IMG/VR virus record: IMGVR_UViG_3300008740_000001
Span: 32,001 to 96,000 of that record
Source: a virus
Lineage: Duplodnaviria > Caudoviricetes
Strand: one strand, 5' to 3'
DNA length: 64,000 nt
The position numbers were made by a program, and so were the translations under genes. The first letter of the stretch is position 1, and every line of letters starts with the position of its first letter. The notes under the pieces were generated by a model. That model was not told the origin of the DNA, searched no databases, and saw only the letters and a list, made by a program, of their open reading frames with translations. Shown here in pieces: positions 30,201-41,600 of the stretch.

Positions 30201-31842
30201 TGGAGTCGACGCAGAAGAACAAGACTCAGAAATTGTCTTTGGCCGAGAAGTTACCAAGACTACAAAATTAGCATGGTACCGACGTTGGGCCCTTCTTCAA
30301 GCCGTTAAGGATACTGAGGAATATGCAAACGTGATTCTTCGTTCGTTGATTGAGGAACAGCTGGAATATATGGCTGATAGGTTAGAGACCTCTTTGGACT
30401 CCATTGACATGAAGCCGGAGATTACTAATATCTACAAATACTTTATTGGCTCAAGTGGCATGTGTGCTGGTAACATCGAATTTACGCCAGATTTAGAGTC
30501 GAGCACCGGAGGAGATGTGTTTAACGTCGCCGCCGATTTAGATGACAACCCTCTTAACCAATATGCTGCATCCGAGTTGGATGTGAAATTTAAGGTTGTA
30601 GAAAGCTCTTCAGGTACTTCCACGGTTGATGATCCAATTTCCAGATTTAGCACAGGTGAGTTCATATTAGAAAAATATATAAGAGTTTACGACAAGGAAG
30701 ATCTGGGAGTTACCGAAATAGATTTACCAGAATCAGTTTCTACGAGAGATGACAAGTTACGCGGTGTTGTCAACATTGACGAGTGGAAAACGTGGTTGGA
30801 GTCAATCTCTGACGAATTGGGTGATAGTAAACTATCTGAGTATTTTGGTGATTTGGCGTACATATATGAAACAGATGAAAACGGAGATCCAACTGGGGAT
30901 CCGACCGGAATCGAAGGCTCTATGGGCGTGGCTTATGGATTAAGGCTCAGTTATGTTCCTCCACAAGATGCGGTTAATGCTCTCAGCGGCTCAGTCCTCC
31001 CCGGCCTGCAGGAAAATGCTTCGTGGGCTACGTGGCAATCTGAGGCATTAAAAGAGAAAGCGTTTTTCTTAGCCCCTCCACAATACGATTATACGGATTT
31101 AAATGTAACAGACGTTACTTTGTATAATTCCTCTGACGAAGAGATGGAGGCCACTACAGGCACTACGGAGACGCAGGACACTATTTTGGACATTGAAAGT
31201 GGAGTCTACCCCGGAACATATACCATTAGGGAGGCCGGTTTTATCATACCTTTGGCATATGCAGAATATGATGCATTAGATCATACGATTTCAGATCATA
31301 TTAATCAAATCGAAGAAGAAATGGACCTAACATGTCTCGCGAATGATCTTATTGAAACTCCAGAGTTTGAGATGCTGTTCCAGTATGTGTTCCCCCTAAA
31401 CAGAATTACATCGCTAATGAGCATTTATGTTGGGCGCGCCTTCTTAATGTCAATTGGAGAAAAGGTTTTAGAAATGGATCCAAAGGACATTCTCAACCTC
31501 ATGTCGGGAGGATTCCCTATACCTGATAACGCCGCCGGCGAATGGCAGGCGTATGCACTAAGAAGGGGGCAAGGCAGATGGGGAGCGACATACGACAAGT
31601 GGGATTTCGACTTCTTATTTAGAAGAACAAAGAAAAGGCTAGTAAGAATGTTTAGAACTTACTTTAAATCTAGGGAGTTTTTGTCTAACAAGGATGATGA
31701 TAATATCGGCGGAGGCAGTCACTCTGATGGCGAGTCTGATCGCAACAAGACTCGTAATCGGCCCAACAAAAATAAGGGCCTAGGTTCTCGCAAGATGCGC
31801 CGTAGGCGCCGGGATCGTCCATACGACAAAAATGGAGAGTAG
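24274..31842 (+). CDS. 2522-aa acidic virion protein (tape-measure/ejection-like, function uncertain)
   Basis: Uninterrupted ORF between the spike and gp25. Helical and acidic, with one strongly hydrophobic segment at ~27232-27310 and a basic C-terminus. Confidence 0.5.
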   Translation: MAETDTETTETEETPSDETSYIDYQSVPSSASDCDLVEEEVVEEEQDCPTCTPNPKAPLIDWTKTTDTTPFLNERKCMYSICIRTDYEGTGGNQLQTRLDEYVEEGVIKLLAYYDKALDENTVAAMVSIAGATDHFIPPRPKLKMKALIEIDANEFDKMPSSTDVPEDSTVDEEQQDEVTIPDMSATINIEGGDEKFKKIVHGFEAYARYQAIYYKIQRGKVTFPGGQMVNLLHEAKHLRKVYPAIKRFLRTKGWVLRERRGMSKIGQKPGLKLANKVEFGFDSEYKIISVKVYQHGTCEESPVEYKDMKLYALQGTYPFDRPTTMALLPNLDAMEDDLTRREGMMPWTEFVQTYIYPTPTVNEGVDLTATTTALVAASTGTATDTDLETLTKAAVQYSDENAMAAKTPGSWEDASSDEHYHGGGAMADRDWNPWAEGATDGMTAEEYTTAMTEYYENTVDSKTLDYDEQVAALCNDDFAGWGDEFVDGFMDELFSIWDAIQYQFQNYLCMSPDEREQLLTNLQEMNNQVAAEAFAEYVAVLIGFSEMIESMFEGLDELKDLKDLYPGAMDKIKLCGLFNLLLAFAECLVAGLDFSEMLEPIIAAALSNMDPKSFEKLFVGLPPDRQAAVMAAVEAELGSHVMPWEAYEMQGQPDPAAHTAYGSEPHSGTVVTWGSGGLNTEKAAARQDPSYISPKEISLARKMENILGDDPESGDYFRLIMDLDGDSTWSTLAESFGLQNDLEDVYYAESGFSKLSADGWDSPGSDYNLMVGHINDLIEQANSTGVQYATTVDRSKTITYTATYQDALTEYCDDAFADAFMATDDGEMGMSADEWKADCATSSAAIAYAEAAAEAADAAQAGEATYGSEGPYGTRGSLGAAAGATVTTLLSVYAQQLLEYYVEHGLLEELMDGLNKLPGAEIVAKIIAMFDCVVPPLFDPPLFDFLKTLEIDFCNNQYGIVLPRLQSLPIPNFKDFFKYLLEYAKQILLYILFRLLLYILTKILFMLFDSLCKALSTLGEAASNALADAACNAMSNAGGFLGDVAEEASKDDMEYNPETGLEQPVEGSSFCEDPPRDFLSCIKEAFCGPQATDEQATDTMNQMMSTYGGITEEDAAQMANTEAVNQLVADMSSCLTGAEMTDLLLGRPNPVAQQMIQEVVATENPAFASVLGSTGQVGDLFKNIGDMMPMEFRAKLRDEVSPQSGEEMPANPSLCVTKSDVDRFRQLRQTILTNKEPDDGTGTTGTTPAQADQQFDAMRGRALNDLAEVADLLQGGPESFIANNLPPILGEPDENGCVPPNAILPREPEELMDLLSSSNEKLYDIVGRAFNRDIMGRYGFLNMVLSDTNGVPYTRHHRKARRNIMYSDSYGDAFEIFGIEPTAGDSIEDSDIPFFLKPLLARERGYYPEIVGQYLIDHLNNEEHLGDGYESTTTYVAGSTSTYESPVGTVIKSGDYPRDDKGALMGTEENPFVEEGSKDPDLTLTFKDANKGLNLPMLSDDMQFSEGFKLEYLSYIIEEDEDGVASANTDNVYQLNVVEVTNEAALAPANIAEAQALADQSDHALGDLGTYEGTEDEIYSLTIYGSLSEEAEELRSAYDLTQLDASPQVNLWNQYLIAQYQKLGLDDESAALFNTYAAFYGSGAGNVTHDNIMNTLLGYMGKNIAANTPAFKFGYDASTDDDLDITDKAYMSPEDYEGTPKLFAQWVVEDLVPSLGPDYVRESNGKPRWRKVKKYIKENQIMGTSNHSRLEFLNPSEFGGSWMAPPFYIEPPVYEGWLGIRDALIPEVDGKDPKRVPVCNFEDIKDRVDELTKKMPDDPRLSECPDCVVELPYSRILDRAAASGMEGPILAMIRVYVLEEMLKAMPVFSNFKAVIPEVMDYTYVEYIIAKMKEDFVENLGRKRGFLKGDALWYTFLEQCVQSYARQIQLDGREPSYDVQEAMDKLNALQKDFHYPSEEDLYTAKRKAGENPWESYGVDAEEQDSEIVFGREVTKTTKLAWYRRWALLQAVKDTEEYANVILRSLIEEQLEYMADRLETSLDSIDMKPEITNIYKYFIGSSGMCAGNIEFTPDLESSTGGDVFNVAADLDDNPLNQYAASELDVKFKVVESSSGTSTVDDPISRFSTGEFILEKYIRVYDKEDLGVTEIDLPESVSTRDDKLRGVVNIDEWKTWLESISDELGDSKLSEYFGDLAYIYETDENGDPTGDPTGIEGSMGVAYGLRLSYVPPQDAVNALSGSVLPGLQENASWATWQSEALKEKAFFLAPPQYDYTDLNVTDVTLYNSSDEEMEATTGTTETQDTILDIESGVYPGTYTIREAGFIIPLAYAEYDALDHTISDHINQIEEEMDLTCLANDLIETPEFEMLFQYVFPLNRITSLMSIYVGRAFLMSIGEKVLEMDPKDILNLMSGGFPIPDNAAGEWQAYALRRGQGRWGATYDKWDFDFLFRRTKKRLVRMFRTYFKSREFLSNKDDDNIGGGSHSDGESDRNKTRNRPNKNKGLGSRKMRRRRRDRPYDKNGE

Positions 31843-31860
31843 GCGATATTAAATATAAAA

Positions 31861-31867
31861 CTAATTA
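31861..31867 (+). promoter_or_regulatory. Candidate late promoter element CTAATTA
   Basis: Intergenic, 36 nt upstream of the gp25 ATG. The same motif precedes other structural genes. Confidence 0.5.
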
Positions 31868-31896
31868 CATGATAGTTATTGTAAGGAGAGACGAAA

Positions 31897-32289
31897 ATGG
31901 CCTATGATGCATCGCTACCGCTGAGGCGGGATCCCACATCTGGTTTTGGCGAGTTGAGTACTTTAAAGGCAGCGGTACATCAAGACTTGCTGATTCTATT
32001 ATTAACCGCGCCCGGCGAAAGGGTTATGGATCCGCTATTTGGTGTCGGATTAAAGAGATATTTATTCCAGCCTTTGACTAGAAGTACGTTGGCCAGTATA
32101 GAAGCACGCATAAAAGAACAAGTTTTTCGTTATCTGTCATTTATCACAATTGAGAGTGTAAATTTTCAAAGCGCATTAGATTCCGGACCCGGCGCCACTG
32201 TTACTGATATGGATCCAAATCAAGTTAGTATTAATATCACTTATAAATTTGGCCGTGGTGTGTATGGAAATATCACAGTGGGCGCCTAA
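31897..32289 (+). CDS. Baseplate wedge subunit, gp25/GPW family
   Basis: LLLTAPGERVMDPLFGVGLKRYLFQP...IEARIKEQVFRYL. Confidence 0.9.
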   Translation: MAYDASLPLRRDPTSGFGELSTLKAAVHQDLLILLLTAPGERVMDPLFGVGLKRYLFQPLTRSTLASIEARIKEQVFRYLSFITIESVNFQSALDSGPGATVTDMDPNQVSINITYKFGRGVYGNITVGA

Positions 32290-32306
32290 ATTTTATAAAA
32301 CTATTG

Positions 32307-32313
32307 CTAATTA
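32307..32313 (+). promoter_or_regulatory. Candidate late promoter element CTAATTA
   Basis: Intergenic, 26 nt upstream of the gp6-like ATG. Confidence 0.5.
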
Positions 32314-32332
32314 AATGGTGGAGAATTAATTA

Positions 32333-34141
32333 ATGGCCAAGAACAAGAGATATACAAGAAGCATTAAATATACCAGTAGAGATTTCTCATCCATCAAGAC
32401 CGATCTGATAGAGCAAGCAAAAATCTACTATCCAGATACGTATAAGGACTTCAATCAAGCTAGTTTTGGCTCTATGATGCTGGATGCGGTTGCATACGTT
32501 GCCGACCAGCTTTCCTTTTACTTAGATTATCAAGCGAATGAGAGCTTTTTAGACACCGCAGTAGAATACAATAATGTAGTTCGGCATGCCCGCAGTCTGG
32601 GATATCGGTGGAAAGGTGCACCATCAAGCACAGGTGTCATCGCGCTCTACATAATCGTCCCAGCGGTCGGCTTGGGAATGGGTGTGGACACAGATTATGT
32701 TCCGATCCTTAAAGCCGGCGCCCAGTTAAAGTCTGGCGCCACCAATGCTAGTTTCATATTAATGCAAGATGTGGATTTTTCATTAAGTTCTAATGAAGTT
32801 GTTGCCGCAAAAAAGGATTCCACCACCGGCTTGCCGTCTCATTGGGCCATTAAGGCTTACGGTAAAGTGATATCGGGAGAACTGATGCGGAAAACGGCCA
32901 CAATTGGTTCGTTCCAAAGATTCTTGAAAGTACCAGTGGGCTCTATTAATTCCGTTTCAGAGATCCTCCGCGTCACAGACGACGAGGGTCATGAGTATCA
33001 TCAGGTGGAATATCTATCGCAAGATGTAGTTTATAAAGAGGTGGTGAACCAAGACGCCCGTGCCTCGGGCATTCCATCGGTTATGAAGCCATATTCTGTT
33101 CCGAGAAGGTATGTTTTAGAGACAGAGGGCTCAAACCTGTATGTTCAGTTTGGACATGGATCAGATTCCGAAACTTCAGATCCTTCCGTTGTTGAACCGA
33201 CAAATTTAACCCTCCAGCGATTTGGGAGAGATTATATAACAGACGAGGCCTTTGATCCTACAAACTTGTTATCCACAGATAAGTTCGGAATCAGCCCAGC
33301 TAACACAAAGTTGTACATAGTATACAGGATGAATTCAAAGGAAACGGCTAATGCTGCTGTGGGCACCGTCAATAAGACTGGTGACTATGAGATGGTAGTG
33401 GCTAACGAGCAGATTTTAAGCCAAACTAAGCTTCGTGAGGTCCGAAAATCCCTAGAGTGTTATAACGAAGAGCCATTTGTTGGAGACATCACACTTCCCG
33501 ATTCTGCAGAAATTAAGAGAATGGTATATGATAATTTTGCCACGCAAAACAGGGCAGTCACTCAGCAAGACTATATGGCACTAATCTATTCTATGGATCC
33601 AAAGTTTGGATTAGTAAAGAGGTGCAATATTTTGAGAGATCCGGATTCTCTCAAGAGAAACTTAAATCTATATGTGGTTTCAGAAGGTCCCGATGGAAAA
33701 CTAATTGCTGCAAACGATACATTAAAAAAGAACCTTAAAACATGGATAAACCAATATCGAATGATCAATGACACGATTGATATTCTAGACGCAAAAATAC
33801 TCAATTTTAAAATTAATTTTTCAGTAGTGGCTCACAGGGATTATGATAAACACGATGTTTTAAATCAATGCATTAGTGTCTTAAAAGACAAATTTGCCCA
33901 ACCGCTGTCCATGGGCGAACCATTTTATATCTCAGATATACAAAAGGTGTTAAACGATGTCCCGGGCATCACCGATGTGAAACAGGTTATTGTGGAGTGC
34001 GCATCCGGAGGAACATACTCGACAGCATATATGAACGTCAACCAGCAAAAATCAGCAGATGGTAGATATGTCGCCATTCCAGCAAATTGTGTAGTTGAGA
34101 TAAAGTTTCCGGACAACGATATTATAGGATCTATTACATAA
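32333..34141 (+). CDS. Baseplate wedge subunit, T4 gp6/baseplate-J-like
   Basis: YTSRDFSSIK...DFNQASFGSMMLDAVAYVADQLSFYLDYQANESFLDTA and QNRAVTQQDY motifs. Confidence 0.88.
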   Translation: MAKNKRYTRSIKYTSRDFSSIKTDLIEQAKIYYPDTYKDFNQASFGSMMLDAVAYVADQLSFYLDYQANESFLDTAVEYNNVVRHARSLGYRWKGAPSSTGVIALYIIVPAVGLGMGVDTDYVPILKAGAQLKSGATNASFILMQDVDFSLSSNEVVAAKKDSTTGLPSHWAIKAYGKVISGELMRKTATIGSFQRFLKVPVGSINSVSEILRVTDDEGHEYHQVEYLSQDVVYKEVVNQDARASGIPSVMKPYSVPRRYVLETEGSNLYVQFGHGSDSETSDPSVVEPTNLTLQRFGRDYITDEAFDPTNLLSTDKFGISPANTKLYIVYRMNSKETANAAVGTVNKTGDYEMVVANEQILSQTKLREVRKSLECYNEEPFVGDITLPDSAEIKRMVYDNFATQNRAVTQQDYMALIYSMDPKFGLVKRCNILRDPDSLKRNLNLYVVSEGPDGKLIAANDTLKKNLKTWINQYRMINDTIDILDAKILNFKINFSVVAHRDYDKHDVLNQCISVLKDKFAQPLSMGEPFYISDIQKVLNDVPGITDVKQVIVECASGGTYSTAYMNVNQQKSADGRYVAIPANCVVEIKFPDNDIIGSIT

Positions 34142-35646
34142 TGGCTATTAAAAGATACTTTGCTATAAAAGACAATACGATTACAAACGCGTATGAGACT
34201 AATTTAACTACCCGTGCAACCGGTTCTAACATGGGCGCGGCAGATATTTTAGAAGTATTCTCAATTTTTGGCCAAGCTACCGGCTCAACTGCTGCGGCTT
34301 ACGAAGCTTCTCGAATCTTAATTCAGTTTCATGCGACCGGCTCTGATATACAGAATAGCCAGAATTCGATCAAAAGAGACCGAACGCTCAGCAAACTCCC
34401 CGCTAGTGGAAGTGTAAACTTTTATTTAAGGATGACGAATACAAAACATTCCCTAACTACGCCTAGAGATTTTCGGCTGGTTGTAAGCGCTGTAGAAACT
34501 GCGTGGCAAGAGGGATATGGCTTGGATATGGACAATTATACAGATTTGACATATAACCAGCGCGGCTCAAACTGGGCCCGGGCTTCATCTGAAGCTACGT
34601 GGACCACTGCTGGTGGAGATTGGGATAACGACGATTCGTCGTCTTTGACTGCATCTTTCACTAATGGAACAGAAGATTTAGAACTTAACATTACGCCGAT
34701 TGTGGAGAAGTGGATTGCCGGCACCAAAGACAATAATGGTGTGATAATCCGCCTCACTGCAGATTTAGAAGATGCAGAAACTTCATATTATACGAAAAAG
34801 TTCTATGGGAGAACTTCAGAATTCTTTTTCCGTCGACCGGTCATTGAGGCTCGCTGGGATTCTGCCACTAAAGACGATAGAGCAAACTTTTACTACAGCA
34901 GTTCAAATGCCCCAGCAGCAGATAATCTGAATACACTTTACTTTTATAACTATATCCGTGGTCGTCTTACAAACATCCCCAACGTGGGTACGGGCAGCAT
35001 CTTGCTTAGCTTGTATTCTGGGTCTTCTGGCAACCCCGGAGGAAGCAAACTAGCACTTTCTAAGGGAGGCGGTGTTGTTACAGCCGCCGATGTCAACGTC
35101 ACCGGAGGATATGTAAGCACTGGCATTTATTCTGCTAGTGTAGCAATAACTGCCTCTTCTACAAACCGTCTCACAACATTGTATGATATATGGCATTCAG
35201 GCTCAGTGCAATATCACACAGGCACACTTGAGCCGCAAAGTTTATATGCGTCAAACTACAATCCAAATCCGACATATGTCACAACGGTCAACAACTTAAA
35301 GCCAGTATATCGTAAATCAGAAACAAATAGGTTAAGATTGTATACTAGAACAAAAGATTGGTCTCCAACTATTTATAATAAAGCTAGCAAAACTATTGAA
35401 AGGACGATTATTGACAGCGGATCCTACAGAATTACAAGGAATATTGATAGAACAGAGGTTATTCCCTTTGGCACAGGCTCGGATTTACATACCCAGATGT
35501 CTTTTGATGTATCTGGAAATTACTTCGATTTAGACTTTTCGATGTTGGAGCCGGGTTATTCATATACTCTAGATTTCAGTTATTACAATGGTTCAATAGA
35601 TTCGTGGACAATTCAGCCTGAAAAGTTTAAATTTAGAGTTGAGTAG
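34141..35646 (+). CDS. Virion structural protein with DNRLRE/CBM96-like domain
   Basis: KDNTITNAY...SRILIQF...WQEG...WTTAGGDW...LNITPIVEKW...NNGVII pattern. Confidence 0.6.
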   Translation: MAIKRYFAIKDNTITNAYETNLTTRATGSNMGAADILEVFSIFGQATGSTAAAYEASRILIQFHATGSDIQNSQNSIKRDRTLSKLPASGSVNFYLRMTNTKHSLTTPRDFRLVVSAVETAWQEGYGLDMDNYTDLTYNQRGSNWARASSEATWTTAGGDWDNDDSSSLTASFTNGTEDLELNITPIVEKWIAGTKDNNGVIIRLTADLEDAETSYYTKKFYGRTSEFFFRRPVIEARWDSATKDDRANFYYSSSNAPAADNLNTLYFYNYIRGRLTNIPNVGTGSILLSLYSGSSGNPGGSKLALSKGGGVVTAADVNVTGGYVSTGIYSASVAITASSTNRLTTLYDIWHSGSVQYHTGTLEPQSLYASNYNPNPTYVTTVNNLKPVYRKSETNRLRLYTRTKDWSPTIYNKASKTIERTIIDSGSYRITRNIDRTEVIPFGTGSDLHTQMSFDVSGNYFDLDFSMLEPGYSYTLDFSYYNGSIDSWTIQPEKFKFRVE

Positions 35647-35661
35647 CAATGAGAGGGAATT

Positions 35662-38600
35662 ATGGGCATCAAAGATCTATTTGAGAAACCACAACAAATT
35701 CTGACATCGGCCGACGCCGAAAGTACAACAAAAGATAAGGTTGAATCTCTTGATTATCTTGACGCAGTAATGCGCGCCAAGGAAGAGTTTGTTCCTCATA
35801 TTGATTTTTCTTCCGCTTCAAATTTTGCAATTTATGGTTCTGCAGAAAAATACTACGAAGATGCGGTTACAACCATCTACCGTCAATACCCATATGATGG
35901 CACTGCTCGGGAAGTGCAAGAGTTTAATTTAAATTTAAATTATCTCACAAAGCACGTTTTAGAAAGCTTATACCCCCGAACCACCGGATATATTACTTTA
36001 GGAAAAAGCGCTACTTACAGCGGCCTGTCTGGTTCATATGGTAGCCCTGCGGCAAACGAATACATTGAGTTTTTCGGCGGCCCGCATACCGCCTCTAACA
36101 TACAAACCTCGCTGGAAGGAATGGCAAATCGGCCATTACACGAAACGTTTGAATATTCTAATCAACTCTCATCTGATCCATATACTAAAGCCGGCTTTCA
36201 AAAAGACAGCAGTAAGAAAGGCACACAATTATCAAACCTAAGATTCAATCCGGCAGATGGAATGACCGTCGAGTTCTGGTTGAAGAAGGACGCTTTTGAT
36301 TCTACCAAGACCAAAAGGGAGGTAATTTTTGATCTGTGGAATGGGAAAGATGATGATGATATCGCCTATGGCCGTCTTCTTTTAGAGCTTTCCTCATCGG
36401 CAACGGATCCGTTCAGGCTGACCATGGTCTCCGGCTCTGGTTCCCCGGTCCAAGCCGGCTATCAGAGCGCCACTCGCATCGCCCGAGATACATCAATCTC
36501 CTCCGGAATAACATCAGAAAAGATCACGGGCGGGGATTGGAATCATTATGCAGTATCGATTGCAAATAAAGGCGCTAATAAAACTGCTGTAAAGTTTTAT
36601 ATCAATGGCGATCTGGATACTACAACGCTTTTAACTGGACAGATTAACGAGGTGACAGGCGGATTAAGAGCCCACCTTGGCGCACTAACTCATCCAAATC
36701 GACAGCACGGAGGAGCTAAGGGCCACGGGCTTTTGAGTGCTTCTTTAGATGAATTCAGATATTGGAAGGAGGCCCGCTCTTCAGAACAAATCGGCCGTTA
36801 TTGGTGGACACAGGTTCGGGGCGGCTCAAACAGAGAAGTTTACAATTCAAGTTTGGGCGTATATTATAAATTCAATGAGGGTGTCGTGCAAACCGACGCC
36901 ACCGATTTAACTGCATATGCTATTGACAAAAAGGTGCTTGACTACTCAGGACGCGTCTCGAACGGTAATTGGGTCGGCTACCCCGGATATCCTGAAGGGG
37001 CCCGCTCAACGGATTCTGCACTAAACCGAACCGGCTCAGCAGAATTTAAAGATCCAATCATTTATAACTCGCATCCAAAAGTTAAGGCCTTGCTTGCAGA
37101 GCTTAAATCTTCAGGCTCAATCTGGGACGACCAGAACAATGCTTCAATGTTGAACGCGGTCCCCACTTTTATGAGAGAGCAGGACGAGGCCTCTGGTGAT
37201 GGAACGCTGACAAACGTGCTTCAAATGATGGGTTCTTATTTTGATAAGATTTATCATCTCGTTGACGCGCTGCCAAAAATTAGAGCCACTTCATATTTGA
37301 CCGCTTCTGCCAAGCCCTATCCTTTCGCCACCCATTTGTTAGAGAGCGTCGGCATGAATGCTCCACAGATGTTTGTTAATGCAAATGTTTTAGAGTCCAT
37401 TTCAGCCCGCGATGAAGATCGAAAGTATGAAAAAGACATATCGGAGATTAAAAACCTCATATATCAGAACATTTATAACAATCTTGTATATGTGTATAAA
37501 TCAAAGGGTACCGAGAAATCGATTAGAAACATAATACGGTGTTTCGGCGTGGATGAGGAATTAATACGCCTCAACATGTACGCCAATAACATGACGTATG
37601 AACTACAGGACAACGCTAGAACAAAGACTGTAAAGAAGAAATACATCAACTTCAACGATGTAGACAAATTTGATTGCGTAATATATCAGTATCCAGACCC
37701 AAATAATTCAAATACGGTCGGATATATAACTGGCTCTGGGCCAACAACCGTAACGGCTAGCTTGGGACATGAGGATGTTTTGGGAATGACGGTCGAGACA
37801 GAAGTTCTCTTCCCAATCAAGCTTACTCAAAGAGATTCGGGGTTTTTTACAACGGATTTTGAAGAAGCTTCCTTGTTCGGCTTACATACACCATTAAGCG
37901 ATGCGTCCCTATTGACGATTTCTAGGCCCAATTACGCGAACTTCCAAGTGACTGCTATTCGACCTCAGCGTGAATCGAAGCATGTATATTTTAAACTGAC
38001 ATCTGAAGACCCCGGAAACGGTTTCAGTGCCCCAATTCCTGAGTTGACATCTAGCTTGTTTACCGAGGTATATGACAATCAAAGATGGAATCTATCAGTA
38101 AGAGTTAAGCCTAGCAAGCCGTTGAAAAATCTTGTGTCAGGTAGCCACGCTTTGGCTTCTGATAAATATGAGGTTCACTTTTACGGTGTCAATATGGAAA
38201 CTGGTTATAAAGAACACTCGTTCCATCTATCGGCCTCCATTGCGGGCCACGAAGCACGCAACTTCTTGCGCGCCTCAAAAAGACTATATGCTGGCGCCCA
38301 CCGCGATAATTTCGTGGGAGATGTAAAAAATTATACCGATGTTAAGGTTTCATCGATAAGATACTGGGCAACTTTCCTTGAAAATAGTGAACTAGATGCA
38401 CATGCCTCCGATGCAGAAAACTACGGAGTATCAGATCCGTTTGAGAACCTTACATTATACGACAAGCAGCTTGGCGGAATTCATGTGCCTAGGATTGATA
38501 CCCTAGCACTGCATTGGACATTCGGAAACGTAACTTCTGCTTCGTCAGACGCGGCTAGCCCAACGTTGTCGGATTCATATTTTTACGCCGATGACGTTTC

Positions 38601-41600
38601 TTCCGGATCGGTAGAAGCAGTTAGCGCCGCAAGATATGGTTGGCTTAGTAACATTGTTCACAAACAGCACAGCGCTAAGGGCGACTTGTTTCTGCCACCA
38701 GAAAGCGGCGACAAAAACCCTGTCGATGTTAATTACATATCCTCTGCACGCCGTCAGTTACCAGAAGTAATTAGTTCGAATGATGCAGTTCAGATACTGA
38801 CTCAAGATGACGACAAATATACTAGAGAGCATAGAATTGTTGAACACTATTATGCATTAGAAAAGAGCATGTATCAGACAATCTCGGAAGAGATGATAAA
38901 CATGTTTGCATCTGTCGTTGATTTTAACAACCTTATTGGCGAACCCGTTAACAGATATCGGCAAGAATATAAAGATTTATCAAAGTTACGTCAACTTTTC
39001 TTCGAACGCGTTGGAGAAGTTTCAACTTTAGATAGATATATCAATTTTTACAAATGGATTGACAATGCTGTTACTACAGTTATCCAGCAGTTAATCCCGG
39101 CCTCGGCTGAGGTTTCAGAAGAACTCCACAATATGGTTGAAAGCCATGTTCTAGAGAGGAACAAGTATTGGACTAAATATCCAACGATTGAATTTAAGCA
39201 GGACGATCCAGAGGCCGGTGTTCATGGTGTCCACGAGTTAACTTATAACTGGAAATTTGGTCACGCTCCAGTCGATAATTCTGCACAATCTAACAATGCG
39301 CTTTATTGGCGTGAACGCGCCCACCGTGCTTCTGGCTCACTAAGCTCTGGCAATACAAACACTGACCAAGATCGTGAAGATCTTAGGATTAAAATAAACC
39401 AGCATCGTGAAGCCAAGGGCAAGATGTTGGCCAACGAGGATAATACAACCTATACCGGCAGAGTATACGCTCTTAAGAGATTTACAAAGCCATATAGGTT
39501 TACTGTTGATATTCCAAGAGAGTTGCGTTCGGGTACAAACTTCACTAGAAACAGAAATGTGCAGGTAGCCAAGACAGCGCTAGCTTACGGCGCCCCATTG
39601 ACCATCTCCTCGTCAACAAATCGCCCGGGCCTCCCGGGCCTCCCCACGGGCGTCATGTTTGTCGACGGCGATACGCTGGGACAATTTAAAGACATCAATG
39701 ATAATTTGGAGTTAAGGCGAAAGCGCTTCCATGATGGAACGGTGATCTTGGCTAGAGAGCAGGAGTATGATGGCAGGCAGGCAGTGCCCACTTCTACAAT
39801 CGCCAAGATTCTACCGGGCAACGTAGTAAGTAGTTCGGTGATTTCTGGATATAACAAAGTATTCAGTGGGGTTAACACTCCCGGCTTCGTAACAGGCACG
39901 GCGATTACGAACATTCATCATGATTTTTACGGCGAAGATAGGGAGATCCCACTGCAGGGCCCCTTCGTAGCAAAATATGTCGGTGGCCACCAATCTAGAC
40001 ACGTTAGATTGAATCCCGGTACGGATACTTCACATAACCGCCCAGAGGCTTGGAAGCTTTTGATAGGAAAAAGAGACTCCACAGAAGCGTTTAGAAACAC
40101 TAAAACTTCCGGAGCTTTTGGATTTGTGAGTCCTGACTATCCATATCCAAACATGGGCAAGAACCCATCACCTGCCACTGCTGTTTTCACTGCTGCCGGA
40201 AGCCACCCGAAGGCCGGCTCCAAGCTTAGATTAACTGATGGTGTAAATACAGCGACCTTTGAATATTGGGACGACGACATGACGGGGGATCACGATACGG
40301 CTCTCACTGCAGCCGAACAGTTGTTGAGCGCTTCACACATTGCAGTAGATATGGCGGGCCAAACCGGCCTCGCTGGGTCCGCCCTGCGAACCGCAAAATT
40401 AAACAGTATGGCCAATGCAATTAATGAGTCGACTATTGCAATGAACGCCACTGTGGACGGAAATGATATAACAATTACCAATACACGATATGGGCACTCA
40501 ACATCCAAGGGCCCCAACATATACGGAATAAAGGGCAACACTGAAATTTCTTCGTCATATGAAACGGTCTACGATTATCGCATGACGAGCGGCCTGCGTA
40601 TCGATGAGGTTTCTGCTCGCACACTCGCCCCGGGTCATGCCGCCAATGGCTATTCCGCAGGTATTGGATTTGAAGATCAGAGCGACTCCATAGCGGATAT
40701 TTTTGACACTGGCGCATCCGGGTGGGGTGAATTTACCATGACCGGCTGGTTCTACTTGCATGATGGTAGTGTCGGAGAGGCCAGAACAAATCTTCATAGA
40801 ACCCTCTTGACTCTCGGACCCTACTCCGTCCTTGGGAACAACTTGGCGATATCGATTATCAACAACAAACTGCATCTTAGGGTGGATCAGGGTACCATCG
40901 ATGCGCATCGTATGGCATATACAACAAATTCAGCAATCGTCACAGGCTCAGATTGGTATCATATAGGGGTCGCATGGAATCACCATTCCACCCGTAACAC
41001 CCAGACCACTAAAGAAGTTGAGAACGTACCGCGAATGTATGTGAACGGTACTCTTGTTGAGGGAGATTACAAGGATTACGATGGCTCAGTTTATGTTGGG
41101 ACCGGCTCCCTGCCAAGCTTTAACACGATAACTAAGTCCGATGGCGCCAATAATCGCACTCTTGTTGGTACTGTTGGTTGCATGATCAGTTCTGCTGCCA
41201 AATTCATGTCTGCCTCTCATCTTGCGGGCGATGTAATTGGAGATCTGGCCCTCTGGAATGCTAAATTAACTGCTGCTGAAATAACAGAGGCGTATAGTGG
41301 GCAAGGCCACAAACGACTTCTGCCCGGAGCCCAAAATCTCTTTAATCATTCCAAGTATAAGTCCAACTATAGCGACTCCGCTCTTAAAGCATGGTGGGGA
41401 TTTGGCGATGCGACCAAGCCAAATGCTGATAATGAGCTTTACGATGATGTCACCTCCATTTGTGGCACGCGTGGTGCACCCGGCGCCGCCGATGCTAAAG
41501 AGTTCTGCTATAACGGTGTTTATGGCTCCGGCGCCGGCCTCCGCTTAATAGCTTGGGAATACCAAGGAACGAGTTTCGGCGGAGACAATCCCCACCCCGG

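Noticed and set aside
39624-39645. Tandem cccgggcct repeat
   Set aside because: Only two full copies, encoding PGLPGLP. No sign of phase variation or a larger array.
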